Assembly: GCA_034723395.1 (NCBI GenBank)
Contig: JAYEOW010000024.1
Span: 22,205 to 86,204 of the forward strand
Reading direction: 5' to 3'
DNA: 64,000 bases
From: Candidatus Margulisiibacteriota bacterium
Lineage (GTDB): Bacteria > Margulisbacteria > WOR-1 > O2-12-FULL-45-9
A program made the position numbers and the translations under genes. How positions within the stretch are numbered: the first letter of the stretch is position 1; the number at the start of each line of letters is the position of its first letter. Below the pieces are notes generated by a model. It saw only the letters and a program-made list of their open reading frames with translations, did no database searches and was not told the origin of the DNA. This document shows, piece after piece, positions 61,397 through 64,000 of this stretch.

Positions 61397-62151
61397 TGTT
61401 CAATATCCTGCAGTTCTGCTTTCCAGATCACCAATTTTTTATTACCTTTTTTTATATAAGCCCCGCGATATGGCTTGGATAAACTTCTGATCTTGTTATA
61501 AATTGCTTCTAAATCCTCATTCTCAAGATCGATTTCATTATTTTTTAGCGATGGTTTATCAAATAGAATTGCTTGCTCATGATTTTGCGGAATTCTAGGG
61601 GCTTTCCCTTTAATAACTAATGGCAGATATTGCTTGACCAATTTTTTACCGTTTTTTATCAGATATTTATAAACATCCGGAGTGTGGTCGCTTTTTTTGA
61701 TCCGATATTCTTCCTGGCCAATAATATCCCCGTCATCCAATCCCTCAGACAAATAGAACATAGTCAATCCGGACTTTTTTCTCCCTTTCTGGATTGTATT
61801 AATTATCGGAGCGGGACCTCTGCCATACGGCAATAAAGTCGGATGAAAGCCGATCACTCCCTGAGTAGGGACATTAAGAATAGCTTTATCAATTAGCTGG
61901 CGCCAGCCGCACATTATAATTAAATCGGGATCCAGGCTCTTGATTAAATCTTTTTCTTGATTAATCTGTTCGATCTCAAATGTTTTGATGCCTAACTCTT
62001 TCCATTTTTTGTTTTTAACGCCATCATACATAACAGTCTTTGCTTTTTCACTTAAGGTTATGACCGCAGCAATCTCAACGTCTTCGATCTTTAACGCTTC
62101 CTTAAGCAGTTCATAACCCAATTTATTAGCCGACAGCCAGATGATTTTCAT
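61393..62151 (-). CDS. sugar N-formyltransferase
   Basis: GW.QL, GFHPTLLP..RG.AP, D.GDI, IR.L..PY.GA. Confidence 0.85.
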   Translation of the reverse strand: MKIIWLSANKLGYELLKEALKIEDVEIAAVITLSEKAKTVMYDGVKNKKWKELGIKTFEIEQINQEKDLIKSLDPDLIIMCGWRQLIDKAILNVPTQGVIGFHPTLLPYGRGPAPIINTIQKGRKKSGLTMFYLSEGLDDGDIIGQEEYRIKKSDHTPDVYKYLIKNGKKLVKQYLPLVIKGKAPRIPQNHEQAILFDKPSLKNNEIDLENEDLEAIYNKIRSLSKPYRGAYIKKGNKKLVIWKAELQDIEQ

Positions 62152-62796
62152 TTAGTTTTGAATATCCTTTATCAGCATAAACGCTTCCGCATATTCCACA
62201 CAGATCTCGGAACCGCGCTTCTTTGCCAACACTCTAATTCCTTCTCCGCTCCTTGGATGCGGCCATTTTTTAACTTCTGATTTATAGATCTCAAATGCTT
62301 TGACCTTATTGTCAATTTGATCTTTAATTTCGTTCCAAACATTTGGCAGAAAAGGTTTGTTGTTCCACTCTGTTTCAGATACTGTTTCATAAGATAATAG
62401 CTTGATCCGCTTAGGCGGTCGGGTTGCAACCAGACAAGCACGGAAGATAATGGTGTGGTCGTAATTTAGGTCGTTTTCGAAATGGGTGTAAATGACGTCC
62501 GGGTTAACCTCATCAACCACACCAGTTATTTTCTTATTTAACTCACCGTGTGGAATCGTATTCAATTTAGTGGTCATCAGGTCGAGATTATATCGTTTTT
62601 TAATTCCGACCAGTTTATCAACTTCCGCCTGTTCTTTTATCTTTGTCTCCATATACTCTTTTGACCATTGCGGCTCAAAGGCTTTAGTCACGATACAAAC
62701 AAATACTTCGTCTCCCTTTGAAGCATGCCTTAATAATGTCCCGCCGACTCCTAATATTTCATCATCCGGATGGGCTGCCACAACTAATATTTTCAT
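62152..62796 (-). CDS. PIG-L/LmbE-family N-deacetylase
   Basis: AAHPDDE.LG.GG, YTH...D...DH, YET.SETEW, PHPRS, A..RG, AEAF. Confidence 0.9.
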   Translation of the reverse strand: MKILVVAAHPDDEILGVGGTLLRHASKGDEVFVCIVTKAFEPQWSKEYMETKIKEQAEVDKLVGIKKRYNLDLMTTKLNTIPHGELNKKITGVVDEVNPDVIYTHFENDLNYDHTIIFRACLVATRPPKRIKLLSYETVSETEWNNKPFLPNVWNEIKDQIDNKVKAFEIYKSEVKKWPHPRSGEGIRVLAKKRGSEICVEYAEAFMLIKDIQN

Positions 62797-63806
62797 CTTT
62801 TCACCTTATCCCAGGTTAATACCTGGTCTTTTTTTATATTTTTGTTAGCCAATTTCCCAATTATTTTATTCATAAATCTTGGCTCAATTCCACTCCCCGG
62901 CCGTTTTACTCCTATTTTCCTCAATACGATCTTTTCTCCTCGTGCAATATCAGACAAAGCAATTAGGCTCTTGCGGATAACTCTACTTACCCCTTTTTCC
63001 GCAATCCGGGGGCGTTTTATCCCGTCACCTAATGATTTTTCAACATTCCTGATCGCTCGAACCATTGCCGCTAATTCAACTGGTGATAATGATGCTTTAT
63101 GATCCGGCCCCGCCATTTTTTTATCCAACGTAAAATGCTTTTCGATCACTGCGGCTCCCATCGCGACCGCGGCTACCGAGACTTCTATCCCCTCAGTATG
63201 ATCTGAGTACCCAACTGGAACATTAAACTTGGTTTTTAATGTCAGCATTGCTTTTAAATTAACGTCATCATATTTTGTCGGATAATTCGAGGTGCAATGG
63301 AGTAAAGTTAACTTTCTATTGCCTGCAGCATATATAGCCTGTAGCGCACGCTTAACTTCATCAATTGTTGACATCCCAGTGGACAGAATAATCGGTTTTT
63401 TATATTTCGCAATTTTAGTCAATAAAGGAATGTTCGTTATCTCCCCGGAGCTGATCTTGAACAAGGGAAGCTTTAATCCGTTTAAAAAATCAGCGCTTTG
63501 TAGATCGAACGGGGTTGAGAGGAACATTATCTTCTTTTTCCTGCAATATTTTGAAAGGTCATCGAATTCTTCTCTTGAAAGCTCTAGCTCCTTGAGCATG
63601 GCAAGCTGTGACTTTCGGGGAACGGTCTTTTTTTGATAGGCGGCTTTGGGAGCGCTGGCGGTTACCAGTTCTTCGGAATTAAAGGTCTGGAACTTAATTG
63701 CGTCCGCTCCCGCAGATTTTGCGGCATCCACCATCTTTTTAGCCAGCTTTAAACTGCCGTTATGGTTAACTCCCGCTTCTGCGATAATAAATACTTTTTT
63801 ACCCAT
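62793..63806 (-). CDS. neuB: N-acylneuraminate/legionaminate synthase (NeuB/LegI)
   Basis: IIAEAGVNHNG, KFQTF, FLSTPFD, KI.SGEITN, HCT..YP, GYSDHT.G, GPDHKASL. Confidence 0.92.
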   Translation of the reverse strand: MGKKVFIIAEAGVNHNGSLKLAKKMVDAAKSAGADAIKFQTFNSEELVTASAPKAAYQKKTVPRKSQLAMLKELELSREEFDDLSKYCRKKKIMFLSTPFDLQSADFLNGLKLPLFKISSGEITNIPLLTKIAKYKKPIILSTGMSTIDEVKRALQAIYAAGNRKLTLLHCTSNYPTKYDDVNLKAMLTLKTKFNVPVGYSDHTEGIEVSVAAVAMGAAVIEKHFTLDKKMAGPDHKASLSPVELAAMVRAIRNVEKSLGDGIKRPRIAEKGVSRVIRKSLIALSDIARGEKIVLRKIGVKRPGSGIEPRFMNKIIGKLANKNIKKDQVLTWDKVKR

Positions 63807-64000
63807 GATTCCTCTTTAAAACCTGCTCCGCCATCCAAAATTCAAATTCATCATCGATTTCAACATTCTGGTCTTTCGATATTTCAAATCTCTCTGCTCT
63901 ATCCCCGTGCATCTTTCCATTGCGTATTTGATCAGCTTTTATAACATAAACATTTCCATCGTCATAAAAGAATCCCTCTAACTCCTGCCTCCGCTGTGTA
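63799..64000 (-). CDS. acylneuraminate cytidylyltransferase, C-terminal part (cut by window edge)
   Basis: My translation (not in the ORF track): TQRRQELEGFFYDDGNVYVIK...QNVEIDDEFEFWMAEQVLKRNHG*. RRQ.L, G..Y and EID...F..AE are NeuA C-terminal motifs. Confidence 0.8.
   Translation of the reverse strand, partial: TQRRQELEGFFYDDGNVYVIKADQIRNGKMHGDRAERFEISKDQNVEIDDEFEFWMAEQVLKRNHG

Noticed and set aside
47871-62151. Methionyl-tRNA formyltransferase (fmt) calls for the three formyltransferases
   Set aside because: Too short, lack the Fmt C-terminal domain and the def context; sugar N-formyltransferases are more plausible.

Overview
Bacterial chromosomal window with two parts. Positions 1-12.7 kb hold housekeeping genes: pgi on +, and groES-groEL (CIRCE plus sigma70 promoter) and nusA-infB-rbfA-DHH-truB-ligA on -. 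This part is marked by small DNA elements. Two displaced older copies of the ligA 3' end bracket a DUF5674 two-gene islet and a truncated DUF559 nuclease gene. Several families of GC-rich palindromes occur between genes and also in frame inside infB and truB. NusA carries an extra C-terminal copy of the IF2 N-terminal domain. Positions 12.7-64 kb are a more than 51 kb, co-oriented (- strand) surface-glycan locus that runs off the right edge. It encodes WecA, FnlABC, many glycosyltransferases, a Wzy_C/ligase-type protein and a PglK/MsbA-type flippase. It also has four apparent ulosonic-acid modules, each with its own CMP-activating enzyme and its own orphan transferase candidate: Leg/Neu-like; Pse; a NeuB/KdsC module with split transketolase, ALDH, dehydratase and reductase; and a KdsB module with two aldolases and an LdpA-like Fe-S protein. 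The last two look like uncharacterised sugar pathways. No rRNA, tRNA, CRISPR, integrase or transposase was seen. All family calls come from motif recognition by eye, not database searches. A Saganbacteria/Margulisbacteria-like origin is only an impression.
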